From Candidatus Buchananbacteria bacterium CG10_big_fil_rev_8_21_14_0_10_33_19 (GTDB lineage: Bacteria; Patescibacteriota; Patescibacteriia; 2-01-FULL-39-33), in the NCBI GenBank assembly GCA_002773855.1, contig PEZY01000012.1:297613-361612 (forward strand): DNA of 64,000 nucleotides, written 5' to 3'. The notes beneath the pieces were generated by a model, which saw nothing but the letters and a program-made list of their open reading frames with translations, did not search any database and was not told the DNA's origin. Of the stretch, positions 36,774 through 47,480 are shown one piece after another (position 1 is the first letter of the stretch; the number at the start of each line of letters is the position of its first letter). Made by a program: the position numbers and the translations under genes.

Positions 36774-39700
36774 TTACGCTTTATGTTCACAAATACTGTT
36801 AAAGTCACAATAATTACACATCATCCCTGGTTTTGGCGGAAATTCCGCTTGTTTAATACCCTCTATATTTTTTATTAACTTGGCTTTGGTTTTTTCTAGT
36901 TCTTTGGGCGTACCCAGGAAAGAAACTTCTTTATTGTCATCTAAATAATGAAAAACCAATTCTTTGACGGGTTCTTTTAATACCTCTTCTACGGCCATTT
37001 GATAGATTAATAGTTGTTCTTTGTTATCAAAAGTTAATTTATCTTTAGCACTGCCGGTTTTATAGTCTACAATTCTGACTCCCCCATCTACTTTGTCTAT
37101 CCTATCGATCACACCATAAAGAGTAAAATTTTCTAAACCATTTTGAATATGTAAATTAAATGGATATTCTAAATACATAGTTTTGGGCCAATTGTCTTTA
37201 TTTTGTTCATAAAACTGTTTTAGAGATTTTTCACCTTTGATCCGGTATTTTTCTTTGGTGTCTCTGTCTGGAAACCAATCATCAATAAAAGATTCTTTAT
37301 AAATTTTGGCCATATCCTCCCAGTCGACATCTTTTTTGTCATGACTAGGTATTAATTCTAATTGACTAGGATTAATTCTTTTACTAACTAGTTCTAAAGT
37401 TTTTTGTAGACTGTTATGCATAGTGCGACCAAAAGAAAACTGTGGTTTACCTGGAGTCGGCACTTTTAAAATAAATGAAAACCGATACTGATAAGGACAA
37501 GTTTCAAAAGCTTTTAGTCGAGTAAAAGAAAATTTAGCTGGGAGCTTTGGCTTGATTTCTTCTTGGTAGTTTTTATTTTTAATGTCTTCTGATTCAATTG
37601 AGGTTTTAACCGTTTCCGATAAGGTTAAACCAATTGGTTTAAGTTCTTGGATAAATCTAGATATTTTTTTGGCTCTAGCCCCACCATAGTTCTCAGCCGA
37701 TGAAAAATATAAATTACTTTTGGCTCTAGTCATCGCCACATAAAATAGGCGTCGCTCTTCCTGAAGATGAATATCGCACTCTGGCACAATCTCTTTAATT
37801 AATTTGTCTGGCAAGCTAATGGCTTCGCCTTTGGCGGTAGTGGGAAATCTTTTGTCTACCATATTAGGTAAAAAGACGCATTCAAATTCCAAACCCTTGC
37901 TGGCATGAACGGTCATAATTTTTACCGTGTCAGGATCATCAGATTCGGTAGTTGATTTTAAGCTACCCTCTTCACCAGACTCTAATTCTAATTCTATTAA
38001 GTTCAAAAAACTTTTTACTGATTTATCACTGCTTTCTTTTTCAAAGTCTTGAATTTTTTTGAAGAATTGATTTAAATAGGCTAACTCCTCTAGATTTTTA
38101 GTAGAGTCTATAGTAGTTAAAGATTTAAGATAGCCAGATTTATCCATAAAGCCCTGAATGATTTCGGTAGTGCGTTTACCACTGGCGGCTATTTCTGAAA
38201 AATGATTGATTAATTTCATAATACTGGTAACTTTTTGTTGAGTGTCACCACTTATAACTTTTAATTCACCAGCTTGGCGTAGAGATTCATAAAGTGATAC
38301 ACCTTTGCGTCCGGCCCAATAGTTAAAATTCATTATTTCTTTGTGTGGTATATTCCAAAGTGGCATCGAAATAAAGCGGTACATAGCGACACTTTCGTGA
38401 TAACTATCTAGGAGTTTTAGGAAAGCTAGAATATTTAAAATAATATTTTTGGCATAAAGTCCTTTGGAAGCTAAGAAGTTATAAGGCACTTTGGCTTGCT
38501 CTAGGGCGTAGATAAATTCATTAGCACTAGAATTAGCTCTAATTAGAATAGCAAAATCAGACCATTTTAGATTTTCATTTTTATTATAAATATCAATTAT
38601 TTTATCAACTACCAATTTCACTTCGTCTTCTAAATTTTGACCATGAAGATGTTCTATTACTCCCTTTTGAGAATTATTAGCTAAAAGTTTTTTGGATAAT
38701 TTATTCTTTTTTTGATTGCCTTCGGCTAATTTTATCTCTAGACGGTATGGATTATTTAATTGAATGAATTGATAAGTTAAATCCAAAATATTTTGAGCGC
38801 TACGATAGTTGGTATTTAAAAATACTTCTTTAGCACTAGTATAGTCACTTTTAAATTGTAAGATGTTAGAGATAGAAGCACCCCGAAATTTATAAATCGC
38901 CTGATCGTCATCACCGACTACCGTGACATTGTTTTTGGGACTAGCCAGTAATTTAATTAATTCGTATTGAGCATAATTAGTATCTTGAAATTCATCAACT
39001 AAAATATATTTAAATTTAGCTCGATATTTAGCTAAAACATTTTTACGCTCGATAAAGAGTTTAAGTAAATAACTAATTAAATCGCCAAAATCCAAAGCAT
39101 TATTATCTAGTAGTAGTTGCTGATAGGTTTTGTAAGCTTTAGCTGTTTCTTCTAATTTTTTTAGTTCTTGGGCAATGGCTTGGTTTAATTCCTCGGCTTC
39201 TAATTCCTCCATAGCTTCTGGTTCCAGTAATTCGGCTGCTAATTTTATTTGGTCGTTGATAGTTAAAACGCTATCAACATATTTTTGATAATCTTCTGAA
39301 GTAATATTTTCGTCTTTGGCTCGAGAAAAATGTCTGAGTAAGTTATGAATGTATTTAGTAGGATTGCCTAATGGTTTGTAATAATCAATATCAAATTTAG
39401 ATAAATTGTTTTTTAACAGCATCCACTGACCAGTAGTTGAGAGTAATTTAAAATCAGTTGGCAAGCCAATTTCTAAACCATTTTCTTTTAAAATTCTTTC
39501 AGCAAAAGAATGGAAAGTAGAAATCCATAAATCAACATAACCATAGGGTAGTAGTTTATCAACTCGTTCTTCCATTTCACCAGCGGCCCTGTCAGTAAAA
39601 GTGAGGGCTAGTATTTCCTCTGGCTGACATTTGCCTTGTTCAATTAAATAAGCAATGCGACTGGTAATCACTGTAGTTTTACCGGTACCAGCTCCAGCTA

Positions 39701-39776
39701 CGATTAAAAGTGGCCCTTTATCATGGGTTACGGCCGCTACTTGTTGGTCATTTAAATTTTTAAGTAAATCTGACAT
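36774..39776 (-). CDS. UvrD/PcrA-family helicase fused to a C-terminal PD-(D/E)xK nuclease
   Basis: AGAGTGKT, LVDEFQDTN, VGDDDQAIY.FRGA, MTVHASKGLEF, EERRLFYVAMTRA; C-terminal CPYQY...G.IDRID...VDYKTG...QL.IY...CNYCDF..IC. Confidence 0.93.
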   Translation of the reverse strand: MSDLLKNLNDQQVAAVTHDKGPLLIVAGAGTGKTTVITSRIAYLIEQGKCQPEEILALTFTDRAAGEMEERVDKLLPYGYVDLWISTFHSFAERILKENGLEIGLPTDFKLLSTTGQWMLLKNNLSKFDIDYYKPLGNPTKYIHNLLRHFSRAKDENITSEDYQKYVDSVLTINDQIKLAAELLEPEAMEELEAEELNQAIAQELKKLEETAKAYKTYQQLLLDNNALDFGDLISYLLKLFIERKNVLAKYRAKFKYILVDEFQDTNYAQYELIKLLASPKNNVTVVGDDDQAIYKFRGASISNILQFKSDYTSAKEVFLNTNYRSAQNILDLTYQFIQLNNPYRLEIKLAEGNQKKNKLSKKLLANNSQKGVIEHLHGQNLEDEVKLVVDKIIDIYNKNENLKWSDFAILIRANSSANEFIYALEQAKVPYNFLASKGLYAKNIILNILAFLKLLDSYHESVAMYRFISMPLWNIPHKEIMNFNYWAGRKGVSLYESLRQAGELKVISGDTQQKVTSIMKLINHFSEIAASGKRTTEIIQGFMDKSGYLKSLTTIDSTKNLEELAYLNQFFKKIQDFEKESSDKSVKSFLNLIELELESGEEGSLKSTTESDDPDTVKIMTVHASKGLEFECVFLPNMVDKRFPTTAKGEAISLPDKLIKEIVPECDIHLQEERRLFYVAMTRAKSNLYFSSAENYGGARAKKISRFIQELKPIGLTLSETVKTSIESEDIKNKNYQEEIKPKLPAKFSFTRLKAFETCPYQYRFSFILKVPTPGKPQFSFGRTMHNSLQKTLELVSKRINPSQLELIPSHDKKDVDWEDMAKIYKESFIDDWFPDRDTKEKYRIKGEKSLKQFYEQNKDNWPKTMYLEYPFNLHIQNGLENFTLYGVIDRIDKVDGGVRIVDYKTGSAKDKLTFDNKEQLLIYQMAVEEVLKEPVKELVFHYLDDNKEVSFLGTPKELEKTKAKLIKNIEGIKQAEFPPKPGMMCNYCDFNSICEHKA

Positions 39777-39856
39777 AGATAATTAATAAGTAATATATAA
39801 ACTAGAATACAATAAAAAACTGGCCTTGACCAATTTTTATTATAGCTTGATAATTT

Positions 39857-40612
39857 TTAATTTATTTTAACTTCTGTGCCAACACTGGTCCAATTATACA
39901 ATCTTTCCATATTTTCATAGGCCACATTGACACAACCATGGCTCATGGGTTGGCCAAAATTATTATGCCAATAAGCGCCGTGGATGTAATAGCGATAACC
40001 ATTAAGATTGGTAAAATGCATATTCCATTTGGTATCTGGATAATAATAATTGTAACCGGTACCACCATAATTTTTGGCTGGTACTTTAGCTAAAATTGTA
40101 AAATTACCGGTAGGCGTTGGTAATACCGACACACCACTAGAAATTGGAAATGATTCTAAAATCTGACCATCGAATAGATAGGTTAAATTTTGGGTTTTTA
40201 AATCAACCTTAATTAGTTTTGTAGATTTGGCACCAGAATTTTTAAGTGGATTAAAGCTGGTTTTGACTTCCATACCGTCTGGATAGGAATCAGCATCGGT
40301 ATCACCATTAAATAAATCAGTTTTAATTGCCAACTCCCATTTGTCGTTTAAGCCGTCGTTATCAGAATCGACATCGGCTAACTTACGACCATTGGCATGT
40401 CGAGGTGAATAACCATTTACTATTTCTTTTTTGTCATTATAACCATCACCATCAGTATCATAGTAATTGGCGTCGGTATGATAAACATACATTTCATCAT
40501 GATCAGAAACGCCATCGCCATCGGTATCAATTATATTATCAACGCCGTAAGCTACCGAATATAATGATAAAAATAAAATAAAACACAAAAAATAAAATAG
40601 TAGTTTTTTCAT
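39857..40612 (-). CDS. L,D-transpeptidase (YkuD) with Ca-binding TSP3-like repeats
   Basis: Signal peptide; DTDGDG..D repeats; TPTG.F; IHGAYWHNNFG.PMSHGCVN. Confidence 0.92.
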   Translation of the reverse strand: MKKLLFYFLCFILFLSLYSVAYGVDNIIDTDGDGVSDHDEMYVYHTDANYYDTDGDGYNDKKEIVNGYSPRHANGRKLADVDSDNDGLNDKWELAIKTDLFNGDTDADSYPDGMEVKTSFNPLKNSGAKSTKLIKVDLKTQNLTYLFDGQILESFPISSGVSVLPTPTGNFTILAKVPAKNYGGTGYNYYYPDTKWNMHFTNLNGYRYYIHGAYWHNNFGQPMSHGCVNVAYENMERLYNWTSVGTEVKIN

Positions 40613-40635
40613 ACTACTATTATACCACATCTTTT

Positions 40636-41637
40636 TTACTTAATAGCTAATTGCCCACAGGCAGCATCGATATCGCGACCAAAAGTATAGCGTTGGGTAA
40701 CTGTGATGCCATTTCTCAACAAAATATTTTTAAACTTTTTAATAGTATATTCCGGTGATGGTTTATTGCCACCTACCGGATTACAAGGAATTAAATTAAC
40801 CACCACTAACTTACCTTTTAAGAGTTCAGCTAGTTCGGTAGCGGCTTCTATTGAATCATTAGAATCTTTAATTAATAGATATTCAATCATTACTTGTCGG
40901 CCAGTTTTTTCGATATAACTATCCATAGTCGATATAATCTTGTCAATTTTATATTTACGACTAATCGGCATTAATTTTAGACGCATTTTGTCGTTGGGAG
41001 CGTGTAGTGATATAGCTAAATTTACTTGGATACCTTCTAAAGCTAGCTTTTTAATGCCTTCAGTGATACCAGAGGTGGAAATAGATATTTTCCGAGCCCC
41101 GATATTAAAAGTTTCTTCACTATTTAAAATTCGCACGGCGGCTAAAACATTGTCATAATTTAGCATGGGTTCACCCATACCCATAAAAACAATATTAGTT
41201 ACTCGGTCTTCTGGTGAATAAGTTTTTCTGATGTATCTGGAGAAGAATATAACTTGCTCGATAATTTCATTGGTCTTTAAGTTTCGTTTATAGCCCATTT
41301 CACCAGTGGCACAAAAAGTACAACCCAAGGCACAGCCAACTTGTGAAGAAACACAAACAGTATACCGACCATCTTTATGCATCATTAACACAGTTTCAAT
41401 TTTCTGATTGTCTAATAAGGTGATTATGGCTTTGAGAGTTTTTTTGTCTCCGGTCTTTTTAATTTCACCATTAATTTCTAGCGGACACTCTTGATTTAAC
41501 TTTTGTCTTAAATCTTTAGACAAGGTAGTGGCCTGATCCCAATTATCAATTAAGTCACCATAGATGGACTTTTGGATTTGCTTGTATCTAAAAGCTGGTT
41601 GACCGACTAAGACTTCACTTATTTTTTCGATATTCAT
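40636..41637 (-). CDS. rlmN: 23S rRNA m2A2503 methyltransferase RlmN
   Basis: CVSSQVGCALGCTFCATG; FMGMGEP; ISLHAP; DIDAACGQL. Confidence 0.95.
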   Translation of the reverse strand: MNIEKISEVLVGQPAFRYKQIQKSIYGDLIDNWDQATTLSKDLRQKLNQECPLEINGEIKKTGDKKTLKAIITLLDNQKIETVLMMHKDGRYTVCVSSQVGCALGCTFCATGEMGYKRNLKTNEIIEQVIFFSRYIRKTYSPEDRVTNIVFMGMGEPMLNYDNVLAAVRILNSEETFNIGARKISISTSGITEGIKKLALEGIQVNLAISLHAPNDKMRLKLMPISRKYKIDKIISTMDSYIEKTGRQVMIEYLLIKDSNDSIEAATELAELLKGKLVVVNLIPCNPVGGNKPSPEYTIKKFKNILLRNGITVTQRYTFGRDIDAACGQLAIK

Positions 41638-42408
41638 TTATTTATTGTAAACACTATGTAAAATAATAGCTGCAGCTGAGGCTACATTTAAAGATTCTAT
41701 ATCTGGACTAATATTTATTTTTATAAATTTATCAGCTATTTTTTCTATGTTTTTATCCACTCCCCGACTTTCATCACCCAAAACTAAACAAAAGTTTTTT
41801 AATTTATTTAAATCATTAATGTTGTCGGCTTTATTCATTATAGTTGAAACAATCGGTAATTGGCCTTTCATTTTATTTAAGAGAGTAAAATTCTTATCAT
41901 AATTAATATTTATTTTAAAAATTGTATCTTTGGCCGCAGCAATAGTTTTAAAGTTGTAAACATCAACACAAGTCTCATCTAAAATTATGTCTTTAAAGCC
42001 AAAAGCAACAGCTGATCGGAAAATGGTGCCAAGATTACCAGGATCGCCAATACTATTAAGATATAAAATTGATTGATCATAACTAATTGGCTTAAGAGTT
42101 GGTTTTTTGTAAACCGCACAGATACCCGCTGGATGATCTAAATTAGAAAAAGACTTGTTTATCTTTAAATTAATTTCAAACCAATCTGATAAGTTGCTTT
42201 GATTAGCTATAGCTGTTACAACTTCTCTGTTTTTAATTAAAAACTCATCACTGACAAATAGACTAATTGGCTTATAACCAGCTGCTAGCGCATCTTGAAT
42301 TATTACCAAGTTTTCAACCAAAAACTCCCCAAATTCTTCTCGGTATTTTTTGAGTTGTAATTTTTTTAAATGTTTAATTTTGGCGTTATCGTCACTGGAT
42401 ATAATCAT
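41638..42408 (-). CDS. TrmH/SpoU family RNA methyltransferase
   Basis: DPGNLGTIFRSA.AFG; LG.E..GV; ESLNVASAA.I. Confidence 0.92.
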   Translation of the reverse strand: MIISSDDNAKIKHLKKLQLKKYREEFGEFLVENLVIIQDALAAGYKPISLFVSDEFLIKNREVVTAIANQSNLSDWFEINLKINKSFSNLDHPAGICAVYKKPTLKPISYDQSILYLNSIGDPGNLGTIFRSAVAFGFKDIILDETCVDVYNFKTIAAAKDTIFKININYDKNFTLLNKMKGQLPIVSTIMNKADNINDLNKLKNFCLVLGDESRGVDKNIEKIADKFIKINISPDIESLNVASAAAIILHSVYNK

Positions 42409-42409
42409 A

Positions 42410-42871
42410 TTATTTTATAGCTTTGGCAAATTTTTTTAAGGCAGTTATTTGATTTTTATGTAAATGAATTTCTGGTCGCTTCTTTTTGATTAATTTAAAA
42501 CTATCTTCAAATGATTTACCACTATAAATAAAATAAGCTATGGCCATACTAGGCGCTCGGCCATGACCGTTTCTGCAGTGAATATAAATTTTAGTTTTAG
42601 ATTTTATTATTGAATCAATAAATTGAGAGCCGATTAGTAGTTGATTTTGAGTTGGTGCAGCGCCGTCTTTAGTGGGGAGCCAGAGAAAATAATCAACACC
42701 CCAGGCTTGGTCTATTCTTTCCTTTTCCATACTTAAATCAGCTTTAACACCTTTTTTTAATAATTTTTGATCAAAATGAACTTGGCAACAAGCATTGGTG
42801 CCAATATAAATATAGCCAGTAATTTTACTGAAATTCATAACTGGTCCGTGGGGCATGGATTTTAATGACAT
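42410..42871 (-). CDS. Dual-specificity protein phosphatase
   Basis: IHCRNGHGRA (HCX5R) and KKKRP.I motifs. Confidence 0.88.
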   Translation of the reverse strand: MSLKSMPHGPVMNFSKITGYIYIGTNACCQVHFDQKLLKKGVKADLSMEKERIDQAWGVDYFLWLPTKDGAAPTQNQLLIGSQFIDSIIKSKTKIYIHCRNGHGRAPSMAIAYFIYSGKSFEDSFKLIKKKRPEIHLHKNQITALKKFAKAIK

Positions 42872-42882
42872 AAATTTATAAG

Positions 42883-44004
42883 TTATTTAATGGCTTGGGC
42901 AACGCTAATAGCCACATTTTTATCTAAAACTGACGGCACAATTTCTTCTTCAGTTGGATTAGTCACGTAATCAGCAATGGCTTGGGCGGCTTTTAATTTC
43001 ATTTCAGTTGTGATTTTTTTAATGTTATTGTCTAAAGTTCCCCTAAACATACCTGGGAAAACTAAAACGTTATTAATTTGATTTGGAAAATCACTGCGAC
43101 CAGTAGCCATTATTTTGACGCCGGCACTTTTGGCTAAATCTGGCATTATCTCTGGGTCGGGGTTAGCCATCGCAAAAACAATAGGATCAGTATTCATAGA
43201 TTTAATCATATCGGCTGTTAGGATATTGCCTTTGGACACACCAATAAAGACATCAGCTTTCACTATTGCTGTAGTTAAATCACCACACAGATCTATAGTA
43301 TGCTCGGCCATTTCTTGTTTACTACTATTTAAATCGTTGCGAGATTTACATATAGTTCCCTGGGTATCTAAAATTGTAAATTTTTTTAAACCAGCGGCCA
43401 TTAGTAATTTAGTGATAGCCATGCCAGCTGCACCAGCCCCATTTATTACTACATAAATATCCTCGATTTTTTTATTGGTAATTTTAAGAGCGTTAATTAA
43501 TCCGGCTAACACCACAATGGCAGTGCCATGCTGGTCATCATGAAAAACTGGAATATCTAATTCAGTTATTAATCTTTGTTCTATTTCAAAGCATCTGGGT
43601 GCAGAAATGTCTTCTAGATTAATACCAGAAAAGCTTGGGGCAATCATTTTTACAGTTTTGATTATTTCTTCAGTGTCTTGAGTGGCCAAGCAAATTGGAT
43701 AGGCGTCAATATTCCCAAATTCTTTAAACAATATAGCCTTCCCTTCCATCACTGGCATCGCCGCTTCTGGGCCAATATTACCCAAGCCTAAAACAGCACT
43801 ACCATCAGTAATAATAGCGATACTATTACCAACATTAGTATATTTTTTAACTAATAATTTATCTTCATAAATAGCACGGCTAACATCAGCTACACCAGGC
43901 GTATAGGCCAAACTTAAGTCATCTTTAGTGTTTAAGTAAACTTTGGATTTTATTTCAATTTTACCATGATTTTTTTCGTGCAGGTCTAAAGCCTTTTGAT
44001 TCAT
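42883..44004 (-). CDS. NAD(P)-dependent malic enzyme
   Basis: LAYTPGVA; TDGSAVLGLGNIG; INLEDI; FHDDQHGTA; GAGAAG; ATGRSDFPNQINN. Confidence 0.95.
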   Translation of the reverse strand: MNQKALDLHEKNHGKIEIKSKVYLNTKDDLSLAYTPGVADVSRAIYEDKLLVKKYTNVGNSIAIITDGSAVLGLGNIGPEAAMPVMEGKAILFKEFGNIDAYPICLATQDTEEIIKTVKMIAPSFSGINLEDISAPRCFEIEQRLITELDIPVFHDDQHGTAIVVLAGLINALKITNKKIEDIYVVINGAGAAGMAITKLLMAAGLKKFTILDTQGTICKSRNDLNSSKQEMAEHTIDLCGDLTTAIVKADVFIGVSKGNILTADMIKSMNTDPIVFAMANPDPEIMPDLAKSAGVKIMATGRSDFPNQINNVLVFPGMFRGTLDNNIKKITTEMKLKAAQAIADYVTNPTEEEIVPSVLDKNVAISVAQAIK

Positions 44005-44120
44005 AATTTATATGTAAAAAATATTTTAACTTATAACTAATTATACCACATCTAAAACTATAAAATTAGTCGGAGCGCCCTAATAAAAAACTTCCTCGTT
44101 ACTTGAGGAAGTTGATTTTG

Positions 44121-44363
44121 CTACTCACAGATCTTTCGGTAGTCTTTGGGAACTTTATCCCAAGCCGGCATAAATATCGAGAGGATTATATATATAGCTA
44201 CGAAGGCACTAGCATGTGGTATGCCCCATAAAGTAATTACAACCCATAATAATCTAATAATCCAAGTGGGAGCACCTAGACAATAGGCTATACCAGCACA
44301 GACACCACTGATCCATTCAAATTCAGGACAACTGACTCTTTTGAGTTTTCTTGTCATGGCCAT
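44121..44363 (-). CDS. PspC domain protein
   Basis: L.R......ISGVCAGIAY.LG....IRLLWV...YI...IFMP. Confidence 0.85.
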   Translation of the reverse strand: MAMTRKLKRVSCPEFEWISGVCAGIAYCLGAPTWIIRLLWVVITLWGIPHASAFVAIYIILSIFMPAWDKVPKDYRKICE

Positions 44364-44415
44364 GTTTTATGCCTTTCTTTTTGGAGATCAATTGAAGTTT
44401 ATATTAGCAAAATTT

Positions 44416-44655
44416 CTATTCACAGATTTTTACATAATCTTCTGGTGTTTCTTCCCAGACCGGAGAAAATATAAAAAAGACAGTATAGGCAATAACTCCA
44501 ATTTCCAAATCAGGGGTACAGAGTATAGTCGCTACGATCCACATAATTCTCATTATCCAAGTTCGTATGCCAAAACAATAAGCCATACCAGCACAAACAC
44601 CACCAATACGTCGATACTTATAGCTATATATTCGTTTAAAGTCTCGGTCAAGCAT
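44416..44655 (-). CDS. PspC domain protein (tandem paralog)
   Basis: IGGVCAGMAY.FG...W..RI.W; shares the P.W...P.DY.KICE end with its neighbour; AAGGAG SD. Confidence 0.8.
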   Translation of the reverse strand: MLDRDFKRIYSYKYRRIGGVCAGMAYCFGIRTWIMRIMWIVATILCTPDLEIGVIAYTVFFIFSPVWEETPEDYVKICE

Positions 44656-44665
44656 TAGCCTCTCC

Positions 44666-44977
44666 TTAATCAAGTTTTAGCCATAGTTGATTGGGATTGT
44701 CAGTGGGTTTGCTATCATTTTTTAAATCATCTAAGCTACGAAGACCTAGGGCAAACCAACAGCCCTGAATAAAGCCTAGCCAACGGAATGATTTCTCTAA
44801 ACGATTTTCCGCTAGTAGACCGTCAATTTCATAAGATAGATAATGAATATGTCCAAGTATTGTTTGGCGATCTATAATACGTCGATCATAAGTGTCACAT
44901 TTGGCTATAGGTGCTCCAAGTAAAAACAAAAATTTTTGGTATTTACTCATCATTTCTTTGACTTTTTCTGCTGTCAT
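44666..44977 (-). CDS. Hypothetical protein (EK..RWLGFIQG motif)
   Basis: GAGGTG SD; first gene of a three-gene unit with its own promoter. Confidence 0.7.
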   Translation of the reverse strand: MTAEKVKEMMSKYQKFLFLLGAPIAKCDTYDRRIIDRQTILGHIHYLSYEIDGLLAENRLEKSFRWLGFIQGCWFALGLRSLDDLKNDSKPTDNPNQLWLKLD

Positions 44978-45085
44978 ACTCACCTCTTTGACGTAAGTTA
45001 AATGCCAATTTATGTAAAATGTTCTAAGCTTAAACTAGCATATTAAAGCATTTTAATCAATACTTGTAAATTAACCTTAATATTG

Positions 45086-45114
45086 TTGACATTTTATATC
45101 AAAAATGCTATACT
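45086..45114 (+). promoter_or_regulatory. sigma70 promoter of typA
   Basis: TTGACA-17-TATACT with TG extension. Confidence 0.7.
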
Positions 45115-45196
45115 TATAGAGCATAAAAATAAATTTACCTAGTAATTTTATTTCCGTCTTTTTTAAAGAAGCGGCTTTATTTTTTATATCACAATT

Positions 45197-46987
45197 ATGA
45201 CTATTAGAAACTTAGCAATTATTGCTCACGTTGATCACGGTAAGACTGCCTTGACCGATGCTTTGATGCGTCAAACTGGGATGTCTACTTCGGCTACCAG
45301 TATGGATAGTAACGATTTAGAAAAAGAAAGAGGTATTACTATTTACGCTAAAAATACTTCGGTTTATTACAAAGACACTAAAATAAATATCGTGGATACT
45401 CCAGGCCATGCTGATTTTGGTTCTGAAGTAGAACGGGTTTTGCGATCTATTGATTGTGTGATTTTAGTAGTTGATGCTCAAGAAGGTCCTATGCCTCAAA
45501 CTAAATTTGTACTTAAAAAATCTTTAGAATTAGGTTTAAAGCCGATTGTCGTCATTAACAAAATCGACAAAGCCGCTGCTCGACCAGAAGAAGTTCATGA
45601 AATGGTTTATGAATTATTTTTGGACTTGGGAGCTAATGATGAGCAATTAGACTTTACGACTTTATACGCCATTGCCCGTGATGGGATTGCTAAAAGAAAA
45701 TTAGCAGATGAATCTGATAGTTTAACCCCGTTACTTGATACTATTTTAGAAATAGTGCCTCCAGCTTCTAGTGTCGAAGCTATTGCTAAACCACTTTTAT
45801 TGCAACCGTTTAATTTAGCCTATGATAATTTTCTAGGTAGATTGGCCATTGGAAGAATTTATGAAGGCACAGTTAGTCAAAGTCAAAGTGTAGTAGTGAA
45901 AACTGCAGCTGGCGAAATTAGAAAAGGTAAAATTACTAAACTCTTTACTTTTGAGGGTCTAACTCGTAAAGAAGTGCCGTCAGCCAGTGCTGGCGATATT
46001 ATTATGGTGGCTGGTTTACCAGATATTTATATCGGCGAAACTATTTGTGAAAATGAAAGCCAAGAAGCTTTGCCAGCTATTAACATTGATGAGCCGACAA
46101 TCTCTTTAAACTTTTTGGTTAATAACTCCCCTTTTGCGGGACGAGAAGGTAAATTTGTGACTAATCGTCAGTTAAAAGAAAGATTAGAAAAGGAATTAGA
46201 ATTAAATGTTGGTTTGAAAATTGATTTTTCGACTACTGAGTATTACAAAGTTTATGGTCGTGGTGAAATGCATATTGCTATTTTATTAGAAAATCTACGA
46301 CGTGAGGATTATGAAGTTCAGATTTCCCAGCCTCATGTTATTATTAAAGAAGTTGATGGCAAAAAATTTGAACCATTTGAAGAAGTGACTATTAATGTGC
46401 CTCAAGAAATGTCTGGGGTAGTTATTGAAAAATTAGCCAAAAGACGTGGGACTATGACCGAAATGAAGCCAGAACATGGCCATTTAAAATTAATGTTTGA
46501 AATTCCAACTCGTGGCTTGTTGGGTTATAAAAACGAATTTGTCGTGGACACACGTGGTGAAGGTATTTTATACACCCAAGTAATTGGTTTTAAACCTTAT
46601 GCTGGTAAAATTGATCGAACTGAACTAGGTTCGATGATATCTATGGCGACCGGTAAAGCTTTAGGTTTCTCTCTCTACAATCTACAGAGTCGCGGTACTT
46701 TATATATTGGCGCTACAACTGAAGTTTATGAAGGTATGGTGATTGGTAACACCGCCAAAGGTGAAGATATGTCTGTTAATCCAATCAAAGGTAAGCAGCT
46801 GAGCAATATGCGATCTTCTGGTGCTGATGAGGCAATTCGTCTAACCCCACCAATGGACTTAACTCTAGAACGTGGTATGAGTGTCATGAATGATGATGAA
46901 TACCTAGAAATTACGCCCAAAAACATTAGACTACGCAAAATGTATTTAACCGAAACCGAAAGAACTAAGCACAAACGAGCTAAATAA
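45197..46987 (+). CDS. typA: Translational GTPase TypA/BipA
   Basis: AHVDHGKT; EKERGITI; DTPGHADF; NKID; GRGEMH..IL.E.LRRE; EYLEITP..IRLRK. Confidence 0.97.
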   Translation: MTIRNLAIIAHVDHGKTALTDALMRQTGMSTSATSMDSNDLEKERGITIYAKNTSVYYKDTKINIVDTPGHADFGSEVERVLRSIDCVILVVDAQEGPMPQTKFVLKKSLELGLKPIVVINKIDKAAARPEEVHEMVYELFLDLGANDEQLDFTTLYAIARDGIAKRKLADESDSLTPLLDTILEIVPPASSVEAIAKPLLLQPFNLAYDNFLGRLAIGRIYEGTVSQSQSVVVKTAAGEIRKGKITKLFTFEGLTRKEVPSASAGDIIMVAGLPDIYIGETICENESQEALPAINIDEPTISLNFLVNNSPFAGREGKFVTNRQLKERLEKELELNVGLKIDFSTTEYYKVYGRGEMHIAILLENLRREDYEVQISQPHVIIKEVDGKKFEPFEEVTINVPQEMSGVVIEKLAKRRGTMTEMKPEHGHLKLMFEIPTRGLLGYKNEFVVDTRGEGILYTQVIGFKPYAGKIDRTELGSMISMATGKALGFSLYNLQSRGTLYIGATTEVYEGMVIGNTAKGEDMSVNPIKGKQLSNMRSSGADEAIRLTPPMDLTLERGMSVMNDDEYLEITPKNIRLRKMYLTETERTKHKRAK

Positions 46988-47105
46988 ATTTAGCTACTAA
47001 AAAACACACCAGAGATGGTGTGTTTTATATATTGACAAATTATAAATAATGTGTTAATATGTATAAAACTTTATTGAACCTTGTAAAAGCCAACAGGAGG
47101 ACATC

Positions 47106-47402
47106 ATGATACTGCGTTTATCAGAAGTAGATTGGCAGTCAGGTTTATCTGGATTGCCAGCTGGATTAGCTGGTCTAATGAAAGATATTATTGTGGCTAT
47201 GGTTAACAATTATAATCCAATTACTGCCACCAACAGATCAATTGAATTAGTCAAAAATCATCTTCAGGACGAAATTTGGCTAGGCGAAAAGATGTATCGC
47301 TTAATGGTTTATGTGCCATATGATGGTAGTACCCATAGATCTGTTTTTATTTTAATACCATCCTATCCGTATGGTGTGATTAAAAGACTTGAAGAAGTTT
47401 AA
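47106..47402 (+). CDS. Hypothetical protein (ORFan)
   Basis: TTGACA(47032)-17-TAATAT promoter; AGGAGG SD; terminator at 47423-47455. Confidence 0.75.
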   Translation: MILRLSEVDWQSGLSGLPAGLAGLMKDIIVAMVNNYNPITATNRSIELVKNHLQDEIWLGEKMYRLMVYVPYDGSTHRSVFILIPSYPYGVIKRLEEV

Positions 47403-47480
47403 TTTTTCAACCTCCAAATGACAAAACACTCGATAGTTAAACATCGAGTGTTTTTTTATTTGGTAATATCTTTTATAGAT

